Under the pieces are notes generated by a model. It saw nothing but the letters and a program-made list of their open reading frames with translations. It ran no database searches and was not told where the DNA came from. Below are positions 52,125-64,000 of a stretch of 64,000 nucleotides of DNA, piece by piece. The stretch lies in contig NC_086097.1 in the NCBI RefSeq assembly GCF_963921235.1, positions 167,092,001 to 167,156,000 on the forward strand. The letters run 5' to 3'. Each line of letters begins with the position of its first letter. Positions within the stretch are counted from its first letter, which is position 1. The translations under genes were made by a program, and so were the position numbers. This DNA comes from Mobula hypostoma (taxonomy: Eukaryota).

Positions 52125-52910
52125 TCTCAAGTCAAGTTTATTGTCATTTAACTATATAGATGTACACCGCGAAATGAGACAACATTTCTCCGGACCAGGA
52201 TGTAAAGCACAGTAGTACACATAACAAACGTGCAACACACAATAACAAAGGAAACTAAGAATTAAATCTACAAATGAATTACATATAAATTGACAAAGTG
52301 TATAAATTAAATATTGTAGGGCACGGTACAAAGTAAATGGTGACAGTTCAAATGTGATGCAGCAGGAAGTTCAGAAGCCTAATGGCAAGAAGCTGACCTT
52401 TCTTGTCTTTATGCTTTGGGGTCTTCAGATGAAGAGGGTGCTGGATGGATGGGTGGGATCCTTGATAATACTAAGGAACCTATGTACACAGTGCTCCTGA
52501 TTAAAGTCCCTGATGGATAAGGGAGACCTCTATGACCCTCTCAGCTATTCTCACAGGGACTCCGGTCCAATATTCTGCTGCTCCCATACCAGATGAAGAT
52601 GCAGCTTGTCAGGAGACCCTCAGTGGTGCTCCTGCAAAATTCAGTTAAGATGATAGGGGTGGGGGGTAGCCTCGCGTGCCTCAATCTCCTCAGGATGTGG
52701 AGGTGCTACTGTGCCTTCTCATTCAGGGAGACGATATCGAGGGACCAGGTTAGGTGACCTGGTGCACTTACAAACGTTTGTAACTCTCTCTACGGAGGAG
52801 GCAGATATGCACAGAGGGGAATGGTTCATCTATACTTTCCTAAATTCCCCAATAATTTCCTTGGTCTTCTACACGTTCAGACTTAGGCCATTGTCTCACA
52901 CCACTCCACC
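52125..52910 (-). mobile_element. Rex1/Babar-type 3' fragment
   Basis: Reverse-complemented tail caagtcaagtttattg; decayed ORF2 C-terminal sequence. Confidence 0.55.
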
Positions 52911-53874
52911 AGCTGCTCCACTTCCTCCCTGTACTCTGGCTCATCATCATATTATAAAATTATGAGAGAGATTTTATATTCTGGTATCTTTTTCCCATGG
53001 ATGAATTGTCTATTACTAGAGGGTATGCATGAAAGTAAGAGAGGGTAAATCTAAAAGAGATGTACAGGGAAGATTTATTACACAGAACGTTGTGAGTGTC
53101 TACAATGCATTGCCGGGGTGGTGGTAGAGGCAAATATATCAAAGGTGTTGAAGAGGCACCTAGACCGGCGCATGAAGTTGCAGAGAATGGAGGGCTAAGG
53201 ATATTGTGTAGGCAGAAGGGATGAGTGGTGTTAAGTGTTGAATTACTACCATCAGGGAGAGGGTGCTGGAGCCTGAAGACACACACTCAATGTTTTAGGA
53301 ACAGCTTCTTCCCTCCACCATAGATTTCTGAATGATCAATGAACACTAACTATTATGTTTTTGCTCAATTTTTGCACTACTTATTTAATTTGTTATACAT
53401 TTCTTATTATAATTTATTGTATATTTTATGTACTGCTGCTGCAAAACAACAAATTTCACAAGATATGTCAATGATAATCATCCCAATTCTAATACGAGTT
53501 TAATTGGGCCGAAGGGCCTGTTTCTGCACTATGTTCTACGCTTTATAAGACCACAAGACTTAGGAACAGAATTAGGCTATTCAGCCCACAGAGCTGCTCC
53601 TCACTGGTTTTTTTTTTGTTTTTCACACTATTCTCCACAAACACTTGAGACTGTTGAGCTGGAAAATCCCAAGACATCAGCAGTTTCTGAGATATTCAAA
53701 CCACCCCTTCTGGCACCAACAATCATTCCATTATCCTGCTTTTTGTGCTCCTCGTCTCTGTTCTAAAAGGATGGCCTTCAAATCTGAGGCTGTGCTGTCT
53801 GGTTGTAGACTCACATATTATTAAAAACTTCCTCTGCACGTCCGCTAACTGGGCCTTTCAATCTTCGGTAGGTC

Positions 53875-54185
53875 ATTGAGAGACACGGCACATAAACAGG
53901 GCCTTCAGACCACCGAGTCTGTGCCGACCATTATCCACTCATTTACACTAATCTCAATTTATGTTTATTCTCACCAAATTCTCTTCAACTTCCCCAGGGT
54001 TCCACCACTCAACTACACACCAGGGCATTTTACAGTAGCAAATAAACCTACCAACCTGGAATCTCTTGGGATGTGGGAAGCAACACATTGCCATTGCAAG
54101 CAGAACATGCAAACTCCACAGCAGCTGAGATCAGGATTGAACCCAAATCTCTGGGGCTGTGAGGCAGTGACTCAGCTGACTGCAT
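53875..54185 (-). mobile_element. V-SINE
   Basis: Reverse strand GGGTTCAATCC B-box and GTGGAGTTTGCATGTTCT core. Confidence 0.65.
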
Positions 54186-55309
54186 TTTTCTACGCTCTCT
54201 TAAAAGAGCCATATTAGCATTTATATTTGACATTGCTGAAAGTAAGTTGAGAGTCAACAGCCACTTGGATGTTATAAATATTATGAACATCATGAATTCC
54301 GATTTCCAAATATCCCAGGATAATCTCACAAAAAGCTATCACACATGATGGTGCCATGCAACTGGATATAGTAGACTGATTTATTTTTTCCAAGTGTAAT
54401 AAATACAAAAAATATTGCAATAGTCATCAGGTCAGGCCACATCTGTGGAAAAACAAAATGTTCAGGTCAAAGACCTTTCCTCAGAGCTTTCTCTTCCCAC
54501 AGATCAGGCCTGATTTGCTGAACATTCCCAGTATTTTCTGCTTTTCTTTTGGATTTCAAACATATGCAGATTTTTTACATCATATTCTACATCTTCAAGT
54601 GGCTTGTGCTATGTACTTTGCTGAATGTACTTAGAGATTTTTTTTTTCCCTAGTTCATTCATTCAAGAGATATGAACATCACTGGAAATCCAAGAATCTT
54701 CTGTCCATTCTTGCTTCCCCTTAGACTGAGACCGCAGTTGAAAAGCAATCAGATGTCACATCTAGATTGCACACGTAGGTGCCATATTGGACTGGGCAAG
54801 AATGGACATCAGCAAACCATATGAGTTTCTCTGACAATCCATTACTAAGGCTAGCTTTTTTTTTTAAATACTTACTCCAAATTACCTAATTTTACATTCA
54901 AGTTATATTAATGCTGTAACTTAATAAATCAATTATACCTCAATGATCATAATGATGCACAAATTTAGTTCATTATTGAATGAGCTTTTTTTAAATAAAA
55001 AACCAACGTCAAATATTTGAATTCGTGTTTATATCCCGCATAACCTCTCCATAAAATTACCTCAGTGAGGGAACAATGAGTTCACCAAGTGTTTTTCCAC
55101 TTGTGCAATATTCCATTATCATTTTCAACACATATAAATTATGCAAGGTTGTTGGATATTCAAGTCTGATGGAATCATAATATATAATATTGCATGCCAT
55201 TTAAATCAAGCAATAAACATGTCAACAGCATATGGTGAAAATTAAAGTTCTACATTTTACAGTGGAGAAATGTGAGGTGAAGGCCATGCTTGTTCATTTG
55301 ATATACTTG

Positions 55310-56285
55310 TACAGCATACAAATAGGCCCCTTGTATTCATCCAACTTATACTGATCCCACTTGCCTGTATTAGGACTGTACCCTTCTGTGCCTTGCCGAT
55401 CCATGCGTCTGTCTAAATGATTCTTAAATACAGTAATTTATCTGATTCTGCAACCTTCTCTAGCAGCACACAAAGATCAGAAGTCCTCTCACTTTCCAAT
55501 CATATCCTTACTTTTCATACCCTTCATGTGGGGGAGAAAAGATTTTGACCATCCATCTTATTTTTGCCTCTCAGTCTCACGCAGTTCTATCAGGTCATCC
55601 CTCAGCCTCCTTCATTCTAGGGAAAACAAATCCAGCCCACCCAATCTCTCCCCACAACTAAAGTTAGGCACTACGGTGGTGTAGTGGTTAGTGCAATGCT
55701 ATTAGAGCTTGGGGAGCTCCAGAGTTCAATTCTGCTGCCATTCTGTAAAGAGTCTCTGTACATGCTCCCCATGGGTTTTCTCCAGGTTCTCCTGTTTCCT
55801 CTCACAGTCCAAATACTTACCGGGTAGCTTATTTAGCCTTTGTAAATTGTTCCATAGCTAGGCTAGGGTTAATCACGTTTGTCAGGAATCGCTGGGACAA
55901 CAAGGCTTGAGGGGCCTACTCCGTGCTGTATCGCTAAAAATAAAATAAAGGCCTCCAATCCAGGCAACATTCTGGTCAATCTCCGCTGCACTCTTGCCAG
56001 CTCAACCTCATTCTTCCTGTAGTGTGGCAAGCAGAATTGAACACAATACTCCAAGTGTAGTAGAACCATGGTTTTGTAAAATTACAACATCACTGCCCAA
56101 CTTAAATAAAATGTCCCCTTCTTGTGAAGGCAAGCATGCCATTTTCCTTCTTCACCATGGTAACCACCTATTCTTCCACTGACAGAGAGTTATGGATGTA
56201 GACCTTCAGTTCCTCAGAGTCCTGCCATTTACCTATAGATGTCCGAACCTGATTTTACTTCACAAAAAGCATCACCTCACACTTG
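55310..56285 (-). mobile_element. Degraded CR1 3' portion split by a V-SINE
   Basis: HLEYCVQFCLPHYRK...VQRRLTRMLPGLE on the reverse strand. Confidence 0.75.
55666..55950 (+). mobile_element. V-SINE inserted in CR1
   Basis: A-box GGTGTAGTGG, B-box GAGTTCAATTC, V core, tail CTAAAAATAAAATAAA. Confidence 0.7.
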
Positions 56286-56752
56286 TTATCCGATAAAACA
56301 TTAAACGATACAATTGTTAATTGAACATCTTAAATTCTGGTGCACCAAAGCCTTTCAGTTTTGTTCATTGTTTCTCAGATTTCAGTCTTTACTTGGAAAA
56401 TTTGATAGTACTCTATTTTTATGTTATACTAAAAGCAATATATACCCTTACTAACAATTATGGTTAAAATCTATTCAGATAGTTTTAGAGCAGGTGATAA
56501 TTATTGATTTTTCCAATCATCCTTATCCCCATCCCCAAGTTGTGAATGTATCAACTTAACACAAGTACCTGCATTCCCGTCAAACAGTATCGGAAACATC
56601 AATCTCAATACATCCAGCAGGTGTAGTTTTCGGAATGTCTGAACTTCTTGGCCAGAAAGGAAGTGATGGGTCCCTTATGCTGCCATTCGTCAAACCCTGT
56701 TACGTTGAATAACATTGTATCAGGCTGCTCAGCTAGTGACCATGAAATACGT

Positions 56753-57005
56753 TGGGCAGCACAGTGGTGTACCACTTAGTGTAGGAGCACCAGTAACCTG
56801 GATTTAATTCCACCCCCGACGGTAAGGAGTTTGTATGTTTTCTCCATGACCATGCAGTTTTCCTCTGGGTGTGCCTGTTTCCTCCCACATTCAAATGACA
56901 TATGGGTTAGTAAGTTAAACTGGTCACATGGGTGTAATTGAGCTGCATGGGCTCATTAGGCCAGAATGGCCTGTTATCAGGATGTATCTCTAAATAAATT
57001 AACTA
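56753..57005 (+). mobile_element. V-SINE
   Basis: GGGCAGCACAGTGG start, core GGAGTTTGTATGTTTTCTCC...TTTCCTCCCACA, tail CTCTAAATAAA. Confidence 0.7.
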
Positions 57006-57364
57006 AACAATGAGTCATGTGGAGCAAGTAAATTATCTCATAAATGTTACTGTACCAAAAAATTCCTGAAGCACACCCTTGATCAGTAATTCTTTCTAAT
57101 ATTGCTCAATAAACTTGAGAGGTTAAAAGGATCAACACTGGCAAATAACTGGGTACGTCTATAAGACATAAAACAACTTTGGAAGCTTCACACCTACCAT
57201 AGAGGCTCACACTGATGGGAGCCCACTTTAAAAAAAAATCCAGCATTGGGCTGATGAGGGTCTGACAAGGACGACCTTAGTCTCTGAATGTCTTCCTCAG
57301 AAACCACAGAGGATAGGATTTGCCCTGGCATCTTATTTCCAAGTCCAATGAAATCACTATATCA

Positions 57365-57960
57365 ATAGAGACACAGAGAACACAGAGGCAATCAGGCTCT
57401 TTGGCCCAACACATGCAAGCCAAAGATATCTATCTGAGCTAGCCCCATTTGCCTATATTCCTCTAGGCCTTTCCTATTATCAAGCATCTGTCCAAATGTC
57501 TTTTAAACATTGTAATTGTAATTGCCTATAGCTTCCTCTGGCAAATTGTTCCATGCACGCACCACTCTCTGTGTGAAAAAAAATTGCTCACAGGTCCCTT
57601 TTACATCTTTCTCACCACTTTAAATCTATGCCTGATAGTTTTAAGACTCTCCTACCATGGGGAAAAAACTGACCATCTACCTTACCTGCACCTCAATTAA
57701 TTTTATGTACCTCTGTAAGGGCACTCTCAACCTTCTATACTCCTGGGGGTTGGGGGGGACACCTATCCAGTCTCTCCTTATAATTCAACCCATCCAGTCT
57801 CAGTAATATCCTTGTGCATCTTTTCTGCGCCCTTTCCAGCTTAGTGATATTCTTCCGAAAGCTGGACAACCGGAAATGAACATGATACTCCAAGCGTGGT
57901 CTGACCGGTGACTTGTACGATTATAATCTCCCAATTCCTGTACTCAATACACCAACTGAA
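57365..57960 (-). mobile_element. Degraded CR1 3' portion
   Basis: Reverse strand VRPRLEYHVHF motif and CR1 3'UTR. Confidence 0.65.
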
Positions 57961-58029
57961 GTCATAATTTGCATCCAAAAGGCTGATTTTAAAAATTTTC
58001 AGGTGCTGGTCTTAAATAGTAATAAATAA

Positions 58030-58830
58030 AGGTTCAAAGGTTCAAAAGTTCATTTATAATCTAAGTGTACAACCCTGAAATTCTTCTTCTCCAGATAGCC
58101 ACGAAACCAAGAAAGAAAAAGAACATCAGCACGATCACCAACCTCTAAATCCCCCCTCCCCGCACAAAAACACAAACGAAAATGGAACATGCACAAGGGC
58201 CCCCAAATCCCCCAAGCCTGCACACACAAAAAAACTGAAAGATCGGGTGAAAAACACAAAATATAAAAAACTATAAAAGTCCATAATCCAAGTCCATATC
58301 CAAAATGCAGAAAACCTGGGTAACGTTCTCCAGGCACAGCAGCAGGCTAGCCCCTTTCAGGTCGCAGAGCAATCCCGAATGACCAAAAGGCAGGCAGCCA
58401 GTGCTCACCTTGATGTTTCAGTGTCTCTTGTTCCTTTCACTGGTGAACAATGGAAGCTTTAATCAGTGAAATGGAGTCAAACTGTGGCTTGCCCTGTCCC
58501 ACAGCCTTCTCGCCATGAAGTTTGCACACACTGCCTCTGTCTCCCAGAATCCTCTCGGAGACTATAGAGAGCATTGTAACATCCAAACGATCTCCAAACT
58601 TCCACATTTGCCTTAATGTCTCAATCTCCTTCGTCACTTTAATCGGTGAAATGGAGTCAAACATTGGCTCATGCCCTGTCCCCCAGCATGCCTGGAATCC
58701 TCTTGGAGACTGCAGAGCACTGGATCACCCAAACGATCTCCAAACTGCAAACCACAGTTCCAAAATCACATTCAAAATGAAAAGCAAATGTAAAGGACAT
58801 AGGAAAGGAAAGGTACGTCACACATCCAGA
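58030..58830 (-). mobile_element. Non-autonomous element with (TTTGAACC)n tail and internal ~180-bp tandem duplication
   Basis: Reverse-complemented tail aggttcaaaggttcaaaagttc; duplicated block TTTAATC.GTGAAATGGAGTCAAAC at about 58458 and 58638. Confidence 0.5.
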
Positions 58831-59012
58831 GTTTCTCCAGTTAGCAGATAATTTCCCTCCACGCCTCTCTGACGTAGTGGGGAACCGCGTACAAGGCAAG
58901 TTACAGCAGTAGTTTGCCATTGCCTTCTGCCGGGTGAGTTTCCAAAGAGATCACCAGCTCGTAATCCAATTCAGCCTAGGCTGTAGGACAAAGTGAACAG
59001 TAACAAATTGGC

Positions 59013-59144
59013 AAACATGAGGAAATCTGCAGATGCTGGAATTTCAAGCAACACACATCAAAGTTGCTGGTGAACGCAGCAGGCCAGGCAGCATCTTTAG
59101 GAAGAGGTACAGTCGACGTTTCGGGCCGAGACCCTTCGGTCAGG
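59013..59144 (-). mobile_element. Penelope mini-insertion consisting only of hammerhead + terminal tail
   Basis: 10-bp TSD ACAAATTGGC (59003-59012, 59145-59154); hammerhead core has a 1-nt insertion (CTGACCGA). Confidence 0.85.
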
Positions 59145-59876
59145 ACAAATTGGCTTTGCTTTAAACTGCCAACTCAATTAGGAGGTTCCATTAATTTCAA
59201 CAGAATTGGGCAACAAGCAGAACATGAAAAGCAAGGCCGAAGTGAGGGCAGAAAATGCTGGGGAAACACTTCAGGTCAGATGACAGGGTAATGAAGTTGA
59301 CCATTTCACAGACCTGAAATATGAACAGCTCCCTCCCCACCTCTGCTACCTGACAATTGAATGTTTCAAACATTTCCTTTTTCATTTCAGACATCAAGCA
59401 TTTGTAGGATTTTGAGTTCAATTTGATGTTTTAAAAATATTTATTATGGACAGCTTGTGATGGATTTTCACCCCAAAGATTTACTTAAATTAAAGTTGGA
59501 TCAATGGAGGAAGCTTTCTGTTTATACTCTCTGGCTATAAAGTAACATTATGGGATCCCATGCACAGAGGAACACAGAGTTTGGTACCTCACAGTTAATT
59601 TTCTTTCATTGTGTCCTCAATCCCAGCTTTCCTCCTCTGTGCTGCTGCCTTGCACGACCGTCCTGGTCTTTCACCTACATTCCTCGACAACCCAGAAAAC
59701 CAGCTAGTTTCAGCACCGAGACATTTCTTGCTAAAACAACACACACTTATGTGAAGCCATGTAGAAAAGTTCCAAATGGACTTAGTGCTAGAAAAAGCTT
59801 CAGGTACTAGACGTGTTTTTATTTCAGATATGATTCCACAAAAACTCTTTCAAATCCATGGGAATGAAAGGACAGC

Positions 59877-59877
<1 letters not shown>

Positions 59878-59914
<37 letters not shown>
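59878..59914. repeat. (CA)n microsatellite
   Basis: About 18 units. Confidence 0.95.
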
Positions 59915-59916
<2 letters not shown>

Positions 59917-60085
59917 GTAATGAAGGAATGTAACAGGTCTACCAGCATCTATGGAAGAGTGTTTTTAAATTAATGATTTGATCTTTATTTCACTAACTGT
60001 CATTAAGAGTCCATTTGTTCAATATATCCTGCCCCAAGATGCATGTTAATTTACACAACATAATTTATTGCTGCTCCATTAATCT

Positions 60086-63003
60086 TAAACATGCAAAATG
60101 CTGGAAATTCAAAGCAACACACAAACACACACACAGTTCTGGAGGAACTCAGCAGGTCAGGCAGCAGCTATGGAATTGAATAAACAGTTGACATTTCAAG
60201 CCAAGATTCTTCTTCAGGACTGGAAAGGAGATGGAAAGACAGCAGGATAAAAAGGTGGAGTGAGAGGAAGGAGGATGGCCAGAAAGTGATAGGTGAAGTC
60301 AAGTGGGTAGGACTAGTAAAGGGCTAGAGAGGAAGGAATCTGATAGGAGAGGAGAGTGGACCATAGGAGAAAGGTAAGGAGGAGGGGACCCAGATAGAGG
60401 TGATAGACAGGTGAGAAGTAGAAAGGGGCCAGTTTAGAGGTGACCCAAACGGAATGTAAGGTGTTGCTCCTCCACCTGAGGGTAGCCTCACCGTGGCAGA
60501 AGAGGAAGCCATGGACTGACATTCCAAAACTGGAATGGGAATAGGTATTAAAATGTTTGACCAACGGGAAGTTCTGCCTTTAACAGGTGGAGTGGAGCTG
60601 CTCGACGAAGCAATCCCCCAATTTACTATGGACCTCAGCAACGTAGAGATGGCCACACTGGGATCACCGGAAACAGTAGATGACCTCAGCAGATCTGCAG
60701 GTGAAGCGTTGACTCACCTGGAAGGACTGCTTGGAGCCCAGGATGGAGGTCTGGGAGGAGGTGAATGAGCAGGTCTAGCACTTTGGCCACTTGCAGGAAT
60801 AAATGCCAAGTGGGAGATTAGTGGGGAGGGTTGAATGGACAAGGGGATCATGGAAGGAATGATCCCTGTAGAAAGCAGAGGAGGATGTGTGAGGTAAAGA
60901 TGTTTTTGGTGGTAGGATCCCTTTGGAGATGGTAGAATTTGTGGAGGAGGATGTGTTGGATGCGGAGGCTCGGGGGTGGTAGGTAAGAACAAGAGGAACT
61001 CTATCACTGTTAAAGTGGCAGGAAGATGAGGTGAGCATGGATATTTGAAAATGAAGGAGATGCTGGTGAGAGCAACATCAATAGTAAAGGAAGAGAAATC
61101 CCATTCTTTGAAGAGGAAGGACATCTCTGATGTGCTGAAAAGGAAAGTTGCATCCTAGGAACAGCTGCAGTGAAGACAAAGGAACCATTGATGTTGCCCT
61201 CAGCCACAGCTTATCAATTTCCTGAATATTGGCGCTCATCCCATCTTCCCTGCAAATGGCTGAAGTGCTACACCTGACCACTCACCTCCTCCCTCACCTC
61301 CATTCAGGGCCCCAAACTGTCCTTCCAGTTGATGCAACACTTAACTTGTGAACCTGCTGGGGTCGAATATTGCGTCCAATGCTCCCAATGCAGCCACCTC
61401 TACATCGGTGAGACCTATGGTAAATTGGGGTCAGCTTCATCGCGCTCCTCTGCTCCAAATGCCAAAAGCAGAACTTCCTAGGGGCCAGACATTTTAATTC
61501 CAATTCCCATTCCCGTTCTGACATGTCCGTCCCCTTGCCTTCCTCGTCCCAAGGTGGAGAAGCGACACCTCATATTCTGTCTGGTTAGCCTCCAATCTGA
61601 TGACATGAATATTGACTTCTCATAAGAACATAAGAAATAGGAGTAGGAGTAGGAGTAGGCCATCCGGCCCATCAAGCCTTCTCCTCTGATAAAAGTAAAC
61701 TTTCTCCCCCATCTCCTCTTCTTCAGTTCCCCACATTGCCCTCTTCCCTCTTTTCACCTGCCTATCACTCCCCCCAGTCTCCTCCTCCTCACCTGCCTAT
61801 CACTCACCCCAGTCCCCTCCTCCTTCTCACATGCCTATCACTTCCCCCGGTCTCCTCCTCCTCCTCCTCCTCCTCCTCCTCACCTGCCTATCATTCCCCC
61901 AGTCTCCTCCTCCTCACCTGCCTACCACTCCCCCCCAGTCCCCTCCTACTCCTCACCTGCCTATCACTCCCCCCCAGTCCCCTCCTACTCCTCACCTGCC
62001 TATCACTCCCCCCAGTCCCCTCCTCCTCCTCCTCACCTGCCTATCACTCCCCCAGTCCCCTCCTCCTCCTCCTCACCTGCCTATCACTCACCCCGGTCTC
62101 CTCCTCCTCCTCCTCCTCCTCCACTACCTCACCTGCCTATCACTTCCCTGGTCCCCTCCTCCTTCTCACCTGCCTATCACTTCCCTGGTCCCCTCCTCCT
62201 TCTCACCTGCCTATCACTCCCCTGGTCCCCTCCTCCTCCTCCTCACCTGCCTATCACTCCCCTGATCTCTCCTCCTCCTCCTCACATGCCTATCACTCCC
62301 CCAGTGCCCTCCTCCTCCTCCTCCTCCTCATCTGCCTATCACTCTCCCCAGTCTCCTCCTCCTCCTCCTCACCTTCCTATCACTTCCCCCAGTCCCCTCC
62401 TCCTCCTCCTCACCTGCCTATCACTTCCCTTGTCCCCTCCTCCTCCTCCTCCTCCTCACCTGCCTATCAGTCCCCTGGTCCCCTCCTCCTCCTCCTCCTC
62501 ACATGCCTATCACTCCCCCCAGTCCCCTCCTCCTCCTCACCTGCCTATCACTCTCCGCAGTCCCCTCCTCCTCCTCACCTGCCTATCACTTCCCCCTGTC
62601 CCCTCCTCCTCCTCACCTGCCTATCACTCCTCTCGGTCCCCTCCTCCTCCTCCTCACCTACCTATCACTTCCCCCAGTCCCCTTCTCCTTCTTACCTGCC
62701 TATCACTCCCCCCAGTCCCCTTCTCCTTCTTACCTGCCTATCACTCCCCCCAGTCCCTTCCTCCTTCCCTTTCTCCTGTGGTCCACTTTCCTTTCCTTCA
62801 TCTCCAGCTGTTTACCTTTCCTACCCACCTGGCTTCACTTATCACCTTCCAGCTTGTATCCACCCGACCCCCCAACTTTTTGATTCTGGCTTCTCCCCAC
62901 TTCCTTTCCAGTCCGGAGGAGTCTCAGCCCGAAACATCAGCTGTTTGTTCATTTTCATTCATGGTGCCTGACCTGCTGAGTTCCTCCAGCATTTGGTGTG
63001 TGT
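60086..63003. mobile_element. Large Penelope fold-back insertion: minus-strand arm (about 60086-61140) and plus-strand arm (about 61270-63003)
   Basis: Both arms carry degraded GIY-YIG and terminal repeat pointing outward; flanking duplication TGCTCCATTAA(T/C)CT at 60072-60085 and 63004-63017. Confidence 0.8.
61754..62760. repeat. Minisatellite, about 25 copies of CTCACCTGCCTATCACTCCCCCAGTCCC(CTC)n (roughly 35-55 bp)
   Basis: Counted by recurrence of CCTATCA; unit derives from the Penelope 3'UTR in which it sits. Confidence 0.95.
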
Positions 63004-63568
63004 TGCTCCATTAACCTGCCAGTTTAAACCAGTGCAATCAAGTACATTTGAAAATTACACATAATTAAACATGATAATTTACTAAAACTAAGTAATTTTT
63101 TAAGATTATCACCTGATATAAATCAATCAAGACTCACCCAACTGAGCTGAGCAAGAAAGGCTGTCTTGGAATAATATAACTTGCCTTGCCTTGCCAGATA
63201 CTTAACACAAAGAAAGCTTTAATGTAGATCAATCCAAGTGAATTATGGGAGTACTACATTCTATTGAATCACTTTGTAGAGTAGATCTTGTTAAGATGTT
63301 TAAACATTTCGGTCTTTATAAACATTTTTAGCTTAAATTGCAAGTGAAAATCTAGTGTGATTAACAAAATTACTTTGTGATTTTGCTCGTCTTTCAGGAG
63401 AATTGGAGAATCCAATGAAGCTTATACCGATTTAGTTTATTTCTACTAATCAGTTATAGTCATAAACAGCTTTCACACTTGGTCTACATCTCTGGAAGGG
63501 CATACAGCAACTTGATCCAGATGTTATACTAATTGGTGAACTGGCCTCCTTTAACATGTTATAAAATG

Positions 63569-64000
63569 CAGACATCCCACCTCTTCTGGAAGTTCCGGGA
63601 GTCTCCTGCGTATGGATAGTGGCTCCCTGATGCCCGGAAATTATATACAATATCCCGGAAATAGATTTTTTTGAGCGGGAGAGGGAGAGGGATAGCGAGC
63701 ATCCTGATTGGTCTCTCTTCGTGCCAAGGGTGGTCCCCAACCACCAGGCTGCGAGGAAACAATATGATTTGGCGATATGAAACAATATGAATCAGCTGCA
63801 CCTTTCCTTATTCCCTGTCACGCCCACTGTTGAATTTTAATGCATGTGAGGTCATCAGTGACCCAAGACGTGCAAAGGAATGGGTCCGTGACCCACTTGT
63901 GAATGTCCCCGGTGAACCTTCCATGTCAGCGCAGGAAGGAGATCAACTCCTCGAGCTTGCAGATGACGGTGGGCTGAAAAGTATGTTTGACATAACATCT
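63569..64000. mobile_element. Putative DNA transposon end (hAT-like), running off the window
   Basis: Abrupt CpG-rich sequence starting CAGACATCCCACC with repeated CCGGGA/CCCGGA subterminal motifs; the other end is not visible. Confidence 0.35.

Noticed and set aside
57250..57305. CTGATGA-GGG as another hammerhead
   Set aside because: No correctly placed stem II, GAAA or stem I pairing.
61754..62760. CRISPR-like repeat-spacer appearance
   Set aside because: Inter-repeat parts are variable-length (CTC)n rather than unique spacers; eukaryotic context; no cas genes.
61736..63014. Long Pro/Ser/Leu-rich ORFs (411, 144, 242, 126 aa)
   Set aside because: Artefacts of a stop-free pyrimidine-rich minisatellite open in all three frames.
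63124..63200. GTGAG donor on the minus strand as PIEZO2 exon 1
   Set aside because: Upstream sequence does not encode the expected MASEVVCGL..LLP-type N-terminus.
1..64000. Apparent excess of CR1 fragments in PIEZO2-sense orientation
   Set aside because: Counts are small and boundaries uncertain; not supportable without RepeatMasker and a genome-wide baseline.

Overview
Vertebrate genomic DNA. The repeat repertoire (CR1, Neptune-type Penelope, Rex1/Babar, L1, Tx1, V-SINEs) suggests a cartilaginous fish, probably a ray; this is inferred, not proven. The only host-gene sequence I can recognise is one 96-bp coding exon on the minus strand (30506-30601, AG/GT-bounded, ACLFRYNGLSFVYLIFLLLIPLFSEPTRKTMQG) matching exon 2 of the mechanosensitive channel PIEZO2. 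The window is therefore probably intron 1 (right) and intron 2 (left) of PIEZO2. The rest is largely nested mobile DNA, and many insertions have readable target-site duplications (TSDs). The most interesting signal is a Neptune/Penelope family carrying a minimal type I hammerhead ribozyme in its terminal repeat, with three identical intact copies. It recurs as single-event fold-back insertions, as a ribozyme-only mini-insertion, and as the seed of a roughly 25-copy minisatellite. Other notable structures are a chimeric hAT MITE with a captured Tigger-like end (2 copies), and an L1 carrying a solo LTR and a Tx1 22 bp apart, the Tx1 junction creating an in-frame chimeric ORF. No new protein-coding system is supported. 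Boundaries of degraded repeats are approximate and family names come from motif recognition, not database searches.
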